NCBI GenBank assembly: GCA_045660245.1
Contig: JAZRDJ010000060.1
Coordinates: 1-29,074 of the forward strand
DNA length: 29,074 nt
Reading direction: 5' to 3'
Source: Clostridia bacterium
Lineage (GTDB): Bacteria > Bacillota > Clostridia > Christensenellales > UBA1242
This document shows, piece by piece, positions 11,055 through 19,027 of this stretch. The notes under the pieces are model-generated. The model was given only the letters and a program-made list of their open reading frames with translations, was not told where the DNA came from and did not search any database. Each line of letters opens with the position of its first letter. Position 1 is the first letter of the stretch. Position numbers and translations under genes: made by a program.

Positions 11055-11083
11055 ATTATACCCTGTTTTTTGACATTTTACAA
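11055..11083 (-). promoter_or_regulatory. SigmaA promoter for uvrBA, positioned for a leaderless transcript
   Basis: TTGTAA (11083-11078)-N17-TATAAT (11060-11055)-N6-ATG (11048). Confidence 0.7.
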
Positions 11084-11174
11084 TATTTTTTTGAGGCTTT
11101 GTCAGTAAAATTAACTATGCACAATCCTTGCATGTTATCATGATCAAACAAAATCACTCAGAAGGAGATAACTC

Positions 11175-11516
11175 ATGAACAAAACGATTAAACTTCACAC
11201 TCTTGAACTCACACAATCAAGACTTCTTGAAAAAAGGCTAAAAGCCCAACATATTATTATTCTTGACTACTTGAATCAGTTTTTTGAAAGTGGCAACGCT
11301 GTCTACAAAACAAAAGGGACAAAAAAGGAAAAATACTATTACATAACCACAAACAAAATACTATCAGACTTGCCATTTCTGGGCATAAAAAAACGCCGTT
11401 TGCAAGAACTCATGAAAGATCTTGAAACAGCGCAAATATTAAAAAAATATACATTAAAGAAAAATTGCCCAACTATTTTCGTCAAACTTGATTTGTCTGA
11501 AATTATTGCTTACTGA
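11175..11516 (+). CDS. Small basic protein with a probable winged-helix domain, resembling the N-terminus of clostridial phage replication initiators
   Basis: SD AAGGAG; 113 aa; pattern 'IILDYLNQFF...YYYITTNKILSDLPFLGIKKRRLQELMKDLETAQIL'. Family resemblance is from memory. Confidence 0.6.
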   Translation: MNKTIKLHTLELTQSRLLEKRLKAQHIIILDYLNQFFESGNAVYKTKGTKKEKYYYITTNKILSDLPFLGIKKRRLQELMKDLETAQILKKYTLKKNCPTIFVKLDLSEIIAY

Positions 11517-13123
11517 TCCCTGTGAAGAGCATCAATTGGCTGAAGCCTTGACGCCTTGATTGCTGGATACATTCCAAACGCCACCCCAATCACCAAACAG
11601 AATCCAAGGCTCATCACAATCACCCAAAGAGGCATTGAAAGAGCAATCCCCATGTCAGAACCAATCACCAGTGAACCGATGAAAGACATCAAAATACCCA
11701 AAAGTCCACCAAGCAAACTCACGACAAGAGCCTCAATCAAGAACTGAAGCAAAATGCTTGAGCGTTTTGCACCAATTGCCTTTCTTATTCCAATCTCTCT
11801 CGTTCTTTCTGACACCGCAACAAGCATAATGTTCATGATTCCAATACCACCAACAACAAGAGAAATTGCCGCAATCACAGTGAACAAAATCGTCATGATA
11901 TCCATTGTTAGCCCCATGATTTGAGTTACAGTGTTCATTGGTATGATATAGCAATCTTCAAACAACTTGTACCCCATATTCATGATCGACATTGAAATAT
12001 TCAAAACAGAATCATCTATTTCATCTTCATTTTCAAACAGGAAATAAGCACCATTCAATGGAATCTCATTGATTGTCGCAAAATCTCCAAACAAATCAGC
12101 ATTGCCATTGTCTAGTGTTACATAAACATTTCCCTGTTTTGTTTTACTGTACTCCGCAAGAGCAGCAAGAGTTCCACTCCCCATTCCAGAAAGTCCACTC
12201 ATTGAGTTTCCTGACCCCATGAGCGATGCATCTTCTTCAAGGACAACTCCAACAATTTTGTAGTTTCTTCCACCAACAAAAGTTTCTGTTATTTCGATCT
12301 CATAATCTTCAGAAAATTGATACGTCCTTGCGTCCAAACTCTCCATAACTTGAATTTCAAGAGATGGACAGTCATAATACTCAACAGGCGCAATATTTTC
12401 AAAGTAAGTATAAACACCATTATCAAAACTTAAATTCACTCCATCAATTGGAAGTGCTGGCACTTGTACTTGATATAACAAACACATTTCTGTGAGAGCA
12501 ACATAAAACTCATCAATATCTGCCCTGACCGGACTTGAAAAAGAATAAGTATAAAAATCAATTTTTCCACCAAGATAAACGCTTGCCCCAATTACTTCTT
12601 CATTGCTTTTATTGTCAAGATATGCTTTCACAAAATCTCTATCCACCACGCATTCATTGCTGGCTGAAACAAAAGATCCATCAACTTTTACATTACGAAC
12701 ATCCGTAAAATTCTGATCAACGCCACGAACTGTTGCACCAACTCGCATCATATATTGGCTGTGCCTACCACCAATTGTTGCATTAACCTCAACGACATGT
12801 GATGCTCTGTCAACGGCAATATCCCCTTGCGCAACCGCTGTAACAACAAACTCACCAGTGTTGTCTCTTGCCGAAATGTTTTCAACCAAACTTTCCAATT
12901 TGTCAAGAGTGAATGGGTTTGCTGCATTTTGCGTGAGCATTGTAACAAGTCTGCTCTCTGCCCCAAGTGAATTCATGATGGTTTGAGTTGCTCCGTTTGT
13001 GACTGTTGTGAGTAATGCTACTGTTGTCACCCCAATGATCACACCGAGCATTGTGAGGAATGTTCTCATTTTTGAAGCCCAGAGAGATTTGAAAGCCATT
13101 TTGATTGAATTCCAAAGCGCCAT
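11510..13123 (-). CDS. MacB/FtsX-family ABC transporter permease
   Basis: N-terminal 'KMRTFLTMLGVIIGV'; large extracytoplasmic domain; C-terminal 'GGIGIMNIMLVAVSERTREIGIRKAIGA...QFLIEA' and 'GMYPAIKASRLQPIDAL'. Confidence 0.95.
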   Translation of the reverse strand: MALWNSIKMAFKSLWASKMRTFLTMLGVIIGVTTVALLTTVTNGATQTIMNSLGAESRLVTMLTQNAANPFTLDKLESLVENISARDNTGEFVVTAVAQGDIAVDRASHVVEVNATIGGRHSQYMMRVGATVRGVDQNFTDVRNVKVDGSFVSASNECVVDRDFVKAYLDNKSNEEVIGASVYLGGKIDFYTYSFSSPVRADIDEFYVALTEMCLLYQVQVPALPIDGVNLSFDNGVYTYFENIAPVEYYDCPSLEIQVMESLDARTYQFSEDYEIEITETFVGGRNYKIVGVVLEEDASLMGSGNSMSGLSGMGSGTLAALAEYSKTKQGNVYVTLDNGNADLFGDFATINEIPLNGAYFLFENEDEIDDSVLNISMSIMNMGYKLFEDCYIIPMNTVTQIMGLTMDIMTILFTVIAAISLVVGGIGIMNIMLVAVSERTREIGIRKAIGAKRSSILLQFLIEALVVSLLGGLLGILMSFIGSLVIGSDMGIALSMPLWVIVMSLGFCLVIGVAFGMYPAIKASRLQPIDALHRDQ

Positions 13124-13126
13124 TAC

Positions 13127-13840
13127 CTATACCTCCTCTCTTTGAACTTTTGAGTTTCTTGCTTGTCTGCTTTTATCTTCCACGATCTTTCCATCGTGAA
13201 TTTTCACAATTCTCTTTGCATGACTTGCAACATCAGCATCATGCGTGATCAAAATTACAGTAGTTCCACCATCATTGAGTGTCTTCAAAATCTGCATAAC
13301 CTCTTCACCAGTCTTGCTGTCAAGGTTTCCTGTTGGTTCGTCAGCAAGAACGACAGATGGACTTGTTGCAAGCGCCCTTGCAATGGCAACTCTTTGCTGT
13401 TGTCCACCAGAGAGTTCTGTTGGCTTGTGGTGCACTCTGTCACTCATTCCCACACTCTCAATAGCATGGATCACCGCTTCTTTTCTCTTTGATTTCCTCA
13501 ATCCTTGATAAATGAGCGGAAGTTCAACATTTTCATATGCATCAAGTTTAGATAGCAAATTAAAACCTTGAAAAATGAAGCCCATTTTCTTATTTCTTAA
13601 ATGTGCAAGTTGATTTTCTTTGAATTTAGAAATGCTCACGCCGTCCACAACGTAATCACCTTCAGTTGCCACATCCAAACATCCAATAATGTTCATAAGT
13701 GTTGATTTACCTGATCCGCTTGGTCCAATGATTGCAACGAATTCACCATCTTCAATGGTGATTGTAACATCATCAAGAGCCTTAACAACATTGTCATTAC
13801 CCATTTTGTAGTATTTTTTGATATTTTTGAGTTCAAGCAT
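13127..13840 (-). CDS. ABC transporter ATP-binding protein (MacB/LolD type)
   Basis: Walker A GPSGSGKS, signature [15 protein letters not shown], Walker [15 protein letters not shown]. Confidence 0.97.
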   Translation of the reverse strand: MLELKNIKKYYKMGNDNVVKALDDVTITIEDGEFVAIIGPSGSGKSTLMNIIGCLDVATEGDYVVDGVSISKFKENQLAHLRNKKMGFIFQGFNLLSKLDAYENVELPLIYQGLRKSKRKEAVIHAIESVGMSDRVHHKPTELSGGQQQRVAIARALATSPSVVLADEPTGNLDSKTGEEVMQILKTLNDGGTTVILITHDADVASHAKRIVKIHDGKIVEDKSRQARNSKVQREEV

Positions 13841-13873
13841 TCAAATTTCTCCTAGATTTTTTGTAGCATAAAT

Positions 13874-13902
13874 ATTATATAACTATTTCATGACGTTTGC
13901 AA
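13874..13902 (-). promoter_or_regulatory. SigmaA promoter for the ABC operon
   Basis: TTGCAA (13902-13897)-N17-TATAAT (13879-13874). Confidence 0.7.
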
Positions 13903-13921
13903 AATCATTTGTTTGTATTTA

Positions 13922-13950
13922 TTGACAAAATAAACACAAAAGTATAAAAT
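13922..13950 (+). promoter_or_regulatory. SigmaA promoter for glyQS
   Basis: TTGACA (13922-13927)-N17-TAAAAT (13945-13950). Confidence 0.7.
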
Positions 13951-14009
13951 ATTTGCATATCAAAAAAATGTGCATGGGATTCCACTCATGTGACAAAAAG
14001 GAGAAAACA

Positions 14010-15395
14010 ATGGAAAACAACATTTCAATGGACAAACTCGTTGCTTTCTGCAAAACAGTTGGTTTTGTATATCCAGGAAGTGACATCTATGACGGCCTTG
14101 CAAACACTTGGGACTATGGTCCTCTTGGCGTCGAACTCAAGAATAACATCAAAAAGGCTTGGTGGAAAAGATTTGTGCAAGAAAACGACAACTCTTATGG
14201 CGTTGATGCAGCAATTCTCATGAATCCAAGAGTTTGGGAAGCAAGTGGTCACGTTCAAGGATTTTCAGATCCAAAAATGGATTGCAAGGAATGTAAATGC
14301 AGAGAAAGAGCCGACAACGTAATTGAAAACTATTGTGCAAAGCACGGAATCGAAGGCATCGTTCCAGACAAAATGTCAAATGAAGAAATGGACACATTTG
14401 TTGCAGAACACAAAATAACCTGCCCAAAATGTGGAAAACACAACTGGTCACCAGTTCGCCAATTCAATCTCATGTTTGAAACATCAAGAGGTGTGACAGA
14501 AGGTGGGCAAAACAAAATTTATCTTCGCCCAGAAACTGCTCAAGGTGAGTTTGTGAACTTCCTGAATGTTCAAAGAACAACAAGAGCCAAAGTCCCATTT
14601 GGTATTGCTCAGATCGGAAAAGCATTTAGAAATGAAATCACTCCAGGAAACTTCATTTTCAGAACAATCGAATTTGAACAAATGGAACACCAATTATTTT
14701 GCAAGGAAGAAAATTCTTTTGATTTATATGAAGAATATAAAAATAAAGCAATGCAATTTTTGTTAGATCTTGGTTTTGATAGAAATCAATTAAGATTCAA
14801 GGATCATGATAAATTAGTATTTTACGCAAAAGCGGCATGTGATATTCAATTCTTCTCTTCTCTTGGCTGGCAAGAACTCAATGGAATTCATCACAGAAGC
14901 ACTTGGGACCTCTCTCGTCACCAAGAATATTCTGGAAAGAACATGATGTACACTGATCCAGTGACAAATGAAAAGTACACTCCAACTGTTATTGAATATT
15001 CAATCGGTTGCGACAGACTTTTGCTTGCAACTCTCCTTCAATCTTACAGAGAAGAACAAGTTGGTGAAAACGACACCAGAATAGTCATGGGATTCCACCC
15101 AGTCCTCGCCCCTTACAAAGTTGCAATCCTTCCACTTCAAAAGAATCTCTCAGAAAAAGCAAATGAAGTTTACAGAAAACTTTCAAAATCTTTCATGTGT
15201 ACATATGATGAATCTGGTTCAATTGGAAAAAGATATCGTCGTCAAGACCAAATCGGAACGCCACTCTGCGTAACAATTGACTTTGACACATTGGAAGATA
15301 ACACTGTCACAATCCGTGATCGTGACACAATGGAACAAGTAAGAGTCAAGATTGATGAACTTGAAAATATCATAGCAGAAAAAGTGAAATTTTAA
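14010..15395 (+). CDS. glyQS: Glycine--tRNA ligase, alpha2 (homodimeric) type; start moved to MENNISM (461 aa)
   Basis: YDGLANTWDYGPLGVELKNN, YLRPETAQG, motif 2 FRNEITPGNFIFRTIEFEQME, EYSIGCDR, anticodon domain SIGKRYRRQDQIGTP; SD AAGGAG before ATG 14010. Confidence 0.97.
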   Translation: MENNISMDKLVAFCKTVGFVYPGSDIYDGLANTWDYGPLGVELKNNIKKAWWKRFVQENDNSYGVDAAILMNPRVWEASGHVQGFSDPKMDCKECKCRERADNVIENYCAKHGIEGIVPDKMSNEEMDTFVAEHKITCPKCGKHNWSPVRQFNLMFETSRGVTEGGQNKIYLRPETAQGEFVNFLNVQRTTRAKVPFGIAQIGKAFRNEITPGNFIFRTIEFEQMEHQLFCKEENSFDLYEEYKNKAMQFLLDLGFDRNQLRFKDHDKLVFYAKAACDIQFFSSLGWQELNGIHHRSTWDLSRHQEYSGKNMMYTDPVTNEKYTPTVIEYSIGCDRLLLATLLQSYREEQVGENDTRIVMGFHPVLAPYKVAILPLQKNLSEKANEVYRKLSKSFMCTYDESGSIGKRYRRQDQIGTPLCVTIDFDTLEDNTVTIRDRDTMEQVRVKIDELENIIAEKVKF

Positions 15396-15412
15396 ATAAA
15401 AAATTAATCATA

Positions 15413-15443
15413 AAAAAAGACTAGGAAAACCCTAGTCTTTTTT
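15413..15443. terminator. Bidirectional intrinsic terminator between convergent glyQS and the hypothetical gene
   Basis: AAAAAAGACTAGG-AAAAC-CCTAGTCTTTTTT perfect inverted repeat. Confidence 0.9.
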
Positions 15444-15457
15444 GTTGTGTCAATATC

Positions 15458-16354
15458 TTAACCAGCAATGAGAGAATTATATTGTTGCTTTAATGCAAGT
15501 GCAACATCTTTGTAATCATTTGCAAGATCAGTTTCCCCACGAATTTCATGAATTTGTTGCAAACAAGTATTCATTTTCATTTGCATATAAACATTGAAAA
15601 TTTTGCCTTGAATAGTTGTTTCTGCAGAATATTTGTTTTCAATTGCAATTCTCCACTCTGTCACCCACTCAAGCATTGTTTTCCCACTGATGAGCGCAGA
15701 ATCTGTGAAGATAACAATATCATCATTTTTTTCATCGATAGTCAAACTTTCATCATTATACAAGCAATTCATGTATGGAATTATACTTCTTGTATAAGTT
15801 TTGTCTTTGTCCGTTCCAATTTCTTGATACAAGAACAAAAGTGCTGTATCGCCTCTTCCTGTATCATACAAGGCTTGAATAAACAACGAATTCAAGTATG
15901 AGTCAATATCATAGACATATGCCACTTGATCAAGAGGCACGGACTCTGCACTTGCCTTATTGATTTTTTGTTCAAAATCCTTGTATCCCTCCATTTTTCT
16001 GAGTTTTGGGATATAGAACACCATGCGTGCCTTATCATCAATCTCAACAGATTTTGCAATCACGTTATAAAGCGACGCTGGACTTGGATAATGTTTATAT
16101 TGTTGTTCATAAGCCACAAGTGCCGATTTTTCTGATCCAATTGCATCAAACACTCTTGAAGGCACACTTGGTGCAACACCCATGAAAATTGCCATAAAAT
16201 AATAAAAAGCAAAAACAATTCCAACAATTGTGAATCCAACAGTCTTCAAAACAAACAGAGGCATACTGGTCTCATGTTTTTGTTCTTGAGCAACATGCTT
16301 GCTCGCACTCTTTGTCACTGAAAAGTGATTTTCTCCTACTACCTTTTTTGTCAT
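15458..16354 (-). CDS. Hypothetical membrane-anchored, mostly alpha-helical (possibly TPR-like) protein
   Basis: 298-aa ORF abutting the rpiB stop (TAAATG); one TM segment at about residues 32-60. Confidence 0.75.
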   Translation of the reverse strand: MTKKVVGENHFSVTKSASKHVAQEQKHETSMPLFVLKTVGFTIVGIVFAFYYFMAIFMGVAPSVPSRVFDAIGSEKSALVAYEQQYKHYPSPASLYNVIAKSVEIDDKARMVFYIPKLRKMEGYKDFEQKINKASAESVPLDQVAYVYDIDSYLNSLFIQALYDTGRGDTALLFLYQEIGTDKDKTYTRSIIPYMNCLYNDESLTIDEKNDDIVIFTDSALISGKTMLEWVTEWRIAIENKYSAETTIQGKIFNVYMQMKMNTCLQQIHEIRGETDLANDYKDVALALKQQYNSLIAG

Positions 16355-16822
16355 TTACTTGTTCCCTTTATTCAGTTCATTGATTTTTTCGATTCTTCTT
16401 TGGTGTCTACCACCCTCAAATCTTGATTCCAAAAAACTCTTCACAATCTTGATTGCTTTTGTTGATGTCATTTTTACAGAATGAACTTCATTTTCGTACC
16501 CAGCACCAAAAACCAATACATTTGCATTTTCGTGAACTTTCGCAAAATGCGCTTCGGCCTCATCTCTTGCATGAACTGCAAAAATTCCTTCAAATCTGTT
16601 TGCAACAATGGCCATACCAACACCAGTTCCACAGATCAAAATACCATAATCACACAATTCATTGCGAACACTCGTGATCACTGGCAAAGCATTGTCTACA
16701 TAATCATCGCCAGGGTTACTTATTCCCATGTTTACAATATACCCCTGATCAGAAAGCCACTTGGCTATAGTTTTCGCGAGTTTTTCACCCCTGTGATCAA
16801 ATGCTATTGAAATTTTTTCCAT
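16355..16822 (-). CDS. rpiB: RpiB/LacA/LacB-family sugar-phosphate isomerase
   Basis: DHRG, GILICGTGVGMAIVANR, HENANVL and FEGGRHQRRI motifs. Confidence 0.92.
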   Translation of the reverse strand: MEKISIAFDHRGEKLAKTIAKWLSDQGYIVNMGISNPGDDYVDNALPVITSVRNELCDYGILICGTGVGMAIVANRFEGIFAVHARDEAEAHFAKVHENANVLVFGAGYENEVHSVKMTSTKAIKIVKSFLESRFEGGRHQRRIEKINELNKGNK

Positions 16823-16854
16823 TCACAAAATCCCCTGTATTTATCAATAAAATT

Positions 16855-16884
16855 AGTATATCAAAACAAATTATTTTCTGTCAA
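16855..16884 (-). promoter_or_regulatory. SigmaA promoter for rpiB
   Basis: TTGACA (16884-16879)-N18-TATACT (16860-16855) with an extended -10 TG. Confidence 0.65.
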
Positions 16885-16886
16885 AC

Positions 16887-16920
16887 AAAAAAGAGTATCT
16901 TGGCGTTCAGACACTCTTTT
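16887..16920 (-). terminator. Intrinsic terminator overlapping the stop of the mini-DivIVA ORF
   Basis: Minus strand AAAAGAGTGTCT-GAACGCCA-AGATACTCTTTTTT (one G-U pair). Confidence 0.7.
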
Positions 16921-17083
16921 CTTCTTTGTGTTTTTGCTTAGTTTTAATTTTCTTTTTTAGTTTCCCATTTTCTTCGCGCAAATATTCAAGATCCTTTCTT
17001 TGAACCTCAATTTTTTCGTTCATGGAATTAATCTGCTCTTCAACTTGATTTTTGTCATAACCAAAAAATTGTTTATCAAACAT
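16907..17083 (-). CDS. 58-aa DivIVA N-terminal-domain-like protein (below the ORF-track length cut-off)
   Basis: Manual translation MFDKQFFGYDKNQVEEQINSMNEKIEVQRKDLEYLREENGKLKKKIKTKQKHKEEKSV. It matches the DivIVA/GpsB F-x-K-x-F-R-G-Y-D-x-x-E-V motif plus a coiled coil, has SD AGGGG and lies directly after sepF. Confidence 0.7.
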   Translation of the reverse strand: MFDKQFFGYDKNQVEEQINSMNEKIEVQRKDLEYLREENGKLKKKIKTKQKHKEEKSV

Positions 17084-17119
17084 AAAAAAACACCCCTATT
17101 CATTATATTATAGGAGTGT
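17084..17119 (-). terminator. Terminator-like hairpin after sepF that also sequesters the SD of the mini-DivIVA ORF
   Basis: Minus strand ACACTCCTAT-10 nt-ATAGGGGTGT followed by a T-run directly before ATG 17083. Confidence 0.7.
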
Positions 17120-17129
17120 GGTTTATTTT

Positions 17130-17714
17130 TTATTCACTTTTTGGATCTTTTGGCATCATGATATTCAAGCCTTCTGGTGTCAAAAGAAAAATGTTTCCAG
17201 AAACTCTTTGAACACTACCATTCAATGCATAAACCGCACCAGAAGAAAAATCCAACATTCTTTGTGCTTCATCTTCTGACACATTGTCGAGATTGAGCAT
17301 TACGCTCTCTCCCTGTCTCAAAAAATCAATTAATTTTTGAACTTCATTGTAACTCTTTGGATAATAGAATACAACATTTTTACTGCCATATCCCCCCATG
17401 CTTGATGATCCATATCCATATGATGATCCTGAACTTTGTGATTGCATATTGTATTGATCCTTATCATAACTATAACTCAAAGGTGCAGAATGTGATTCTT
17501 GAGATGTGTTTGCCTGCAAAAAACCTGAATTATTGTCAATCGATTTTCTTGCAAGAGATTCTGCTTTTTTCTCTTGACGACGTGCTAACTTTTCACGTTT
17601 TTTCTGCTCACGAAGTTGACGTTTTTCAAGAGCCCTTGAGTCATCCAAAACGTCTTCATCATCGCCTTCAAAACCAATACCCTTCATCAACCAGTTAATA
17701 AAGCCCATCGTCAC
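17130..17714 (-). CDS. sepF: Cell division protein SepF
   Basis: N-terminal amphipathic 'MGFINWLMKGIGF'; C-terminal 'PKSYNEVQKLIDFLRQGESVMLNL...QRMLDFSSGAVYALNGSVQRVSGNIFLLTP'; GTG start with SD AAGGAG. Confidence 0.93.
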   Translation of the reverse strand: MTMGFINWLMKGIGFEGDDEDVLDDSRALEKRQLREQKKREKLARRQEKKAESLARKSIDNNSGFLQANTSQESHSAPLSYSYDKDQYNMQSQSSGSSYGYGSSSMGGYGSKNVVFYYPKSYNEVQKLIDFLRQGESVMLNLDNVSEDEAQRMLDFSSGAVYALNGSVQRVSGNIFLLTPEGLNIMMPKDPKSE

Positions 17715-17825
17715 ATTACTCCTTTGTTTATGTTCCTATTGTAACAAACTTTGATGCAAAGTGACAATTATTTTTGAACATTTTATTTATTTTTTTACAA
17801 GAAATTTTACGGCTTGCATTCAAAA

Positions 17826-18584
17826 CTACTCAATTGTTAATTTTTTGTTGATATTTTCAACCTCAAATATCAAATCAATATAAAACTTTTTCAATGACAA
17901 TGTTTCTTTCTTTTCAGAAAATTCCTCAAAGAACTTTTCCAATTGTGATTGCAACAACAAATATGCTGAACTTATTTCACTTGAAAAAACGGAATTATTT
18001 TCACCAACTTCTTGAAACTCCTTGATTTGTTTGTTTATTTCAAGAATTTTCTTCAAAAAATCTGTTTTTTTCAAAATGCTTTTCTCATATTCAAAAAGAC
18101 AACTTGGGACAGTATCAAGCAATGAATACAAATAAAAAACACGTTCCTGATCATATTTATTTTTAATTTTATCTTGCATTTTTCTATCAATATTATTTAA
18201 TTTTAAACACTTTATATACAAATTATCAAATTTCTGATTATTCAAAGATTTTATTTTTTCTGCATCATTTAAATTATTATATGCAAAAATAACACAAGAC
18301 AAATTCCCAGATCCTTGTCCAATTATTGTTCCTGCTCCACCACCTGAAACAATTTCTTTTTGTTTGATCTCTGCAGATTTCAAATCCAAATTTTCACCAC
18401 AACACACCAAATAAACACTTTTCTCTTTTATCCATATATTTGAATTGGATTGGTTCAAAAATACTATGATCGCCAGAACAAAAAAAACCAAGAACAAAGA
18501 AATAACAATCATTCCTTTTTTCGATTTTTTGTGTTTTTCAAATATTTTTCTATACTTCTCCCACATTGTCAGTGTTTGTTGCAT
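17826..18584 (-). CDS. Hypothetical single-TM protein, possibly with a SPOR-like domain; start moved to MQQTLTM (252 aa)
   Basis: SD AAGGGG before ATG 18584; TM helix; 'VYLVCCG...KSAE...GGGAGTI...VIFAYNNLNDAEKI' resembles clostridial SPOR-like domains; very AT-rich. Confidence 0.6.
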   Translation of the reverse strand: MQQTLTMWEKYRKIFEKHKKSKKGMIVISLFLVFFVLAIIVFLNQSNSNIWIKEKSVYLVCCGENLDLKSAEIKQKEIVSGGGAGTIIGQGSGNLSCVIFAYNNLNDAEKIKSLNNQKFDNLYIKCLKLNNIDRKMQDKIKNKYDQERVFYLYSLLDTVPSCLFEYEKSILKKTDFLKKILEINKQIKEFQEVGENNSVFSSEISSAYLLLQSQLEKFFEEFSEKKETLSLKKFYIDLIFEVENINKKLTIE

Positions 18585-18619
18585 TGCAGTGTCCCCTTTG
18601 AGTATATTGGTGCATAGTA

Positions 18620-18648
18620 ATTGTATGCGCTCTGTTTCGCCCCTATTC
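18620..18648 (-). promoter_or_regulatory. SigmaE-like promoter
   Basis: GAATA (18648-18644)-N16-CATACAAT (18627-18620) matches the ATa-N16/18-cATAcanT consensus. Confidence 0.55.
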
Positions 18649-18730
18649 TTCATTACTCGTACACATTCTTGCGTTTTCTCAGCAAACATTGAGTTGCAAA
18701 AACAATACAATTAATCAAAGGAGATTTTTT

Positions 18731-19024
18731 ATGAAAATACAACCATTATTTGACCGAGTCCTCTTGAAGCCTGAAGGTGACCAATTCAACCGAACAAACT
18801 CAGGAATTATTCTCGGCAGTTCCGCTTCAGACGCTCCCGTTTTTGCGACAGTTATTGCATGTGGCAACGGAATAATTGAAGCCGGTGAAAACCTTGAAAT
18901 GCAAGTCAATGAAAATGACAGAGTGATCTACAACAAATTTGCTGGCACGGAAATTATGATTAATTCTGCCACTTACATTATTATCAAACAAACAGACATT
19001 CTTGCTGTTGTTGAAAAGGAGTAA
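18731..19024 (+). CDS. groES: Co-chaperonin GroES; start moved to MKIQPL (97 aa)
   Basis: IQPLFDRVLLK, TNSGIIL, DRVIYNKFAGTEI and DILAVVE; SD AAGGAG. Confidence 0.95.
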   Translation: MKIQPLFDRVLLKPEGDQFNRTNSGIILGSSASDAPVFATVIACGNGIIEAGENLEMQVNENDRVIYNKFAGTEIMINSATYIIIKQTDILAVVEKE

Positions 19025-19027
19025 ATT

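Noticed and set aside
11049-11520. Prophage or integrative element around the wHTH gene
   Set aside because: No integrase, att repeats, tRNA or other mobile genes.
13953-14009. Longer N-termini in the ORF track (glyQS, GNAT, groES, lgt, yigZ, rluA, methyltransferase, 17826 and 20659 ORFs)
   Set aside because: The extensions cross promoters or neighbouring genes; downstream starts fit SD or promoter positions and family N-termini better.
18668-18700. Possible CIRCE (CTC-N10-GAGTTGCAA) before groES
   Set aside because: The left arm does not match TTAGCACTC and the spacer is 10, not 9.
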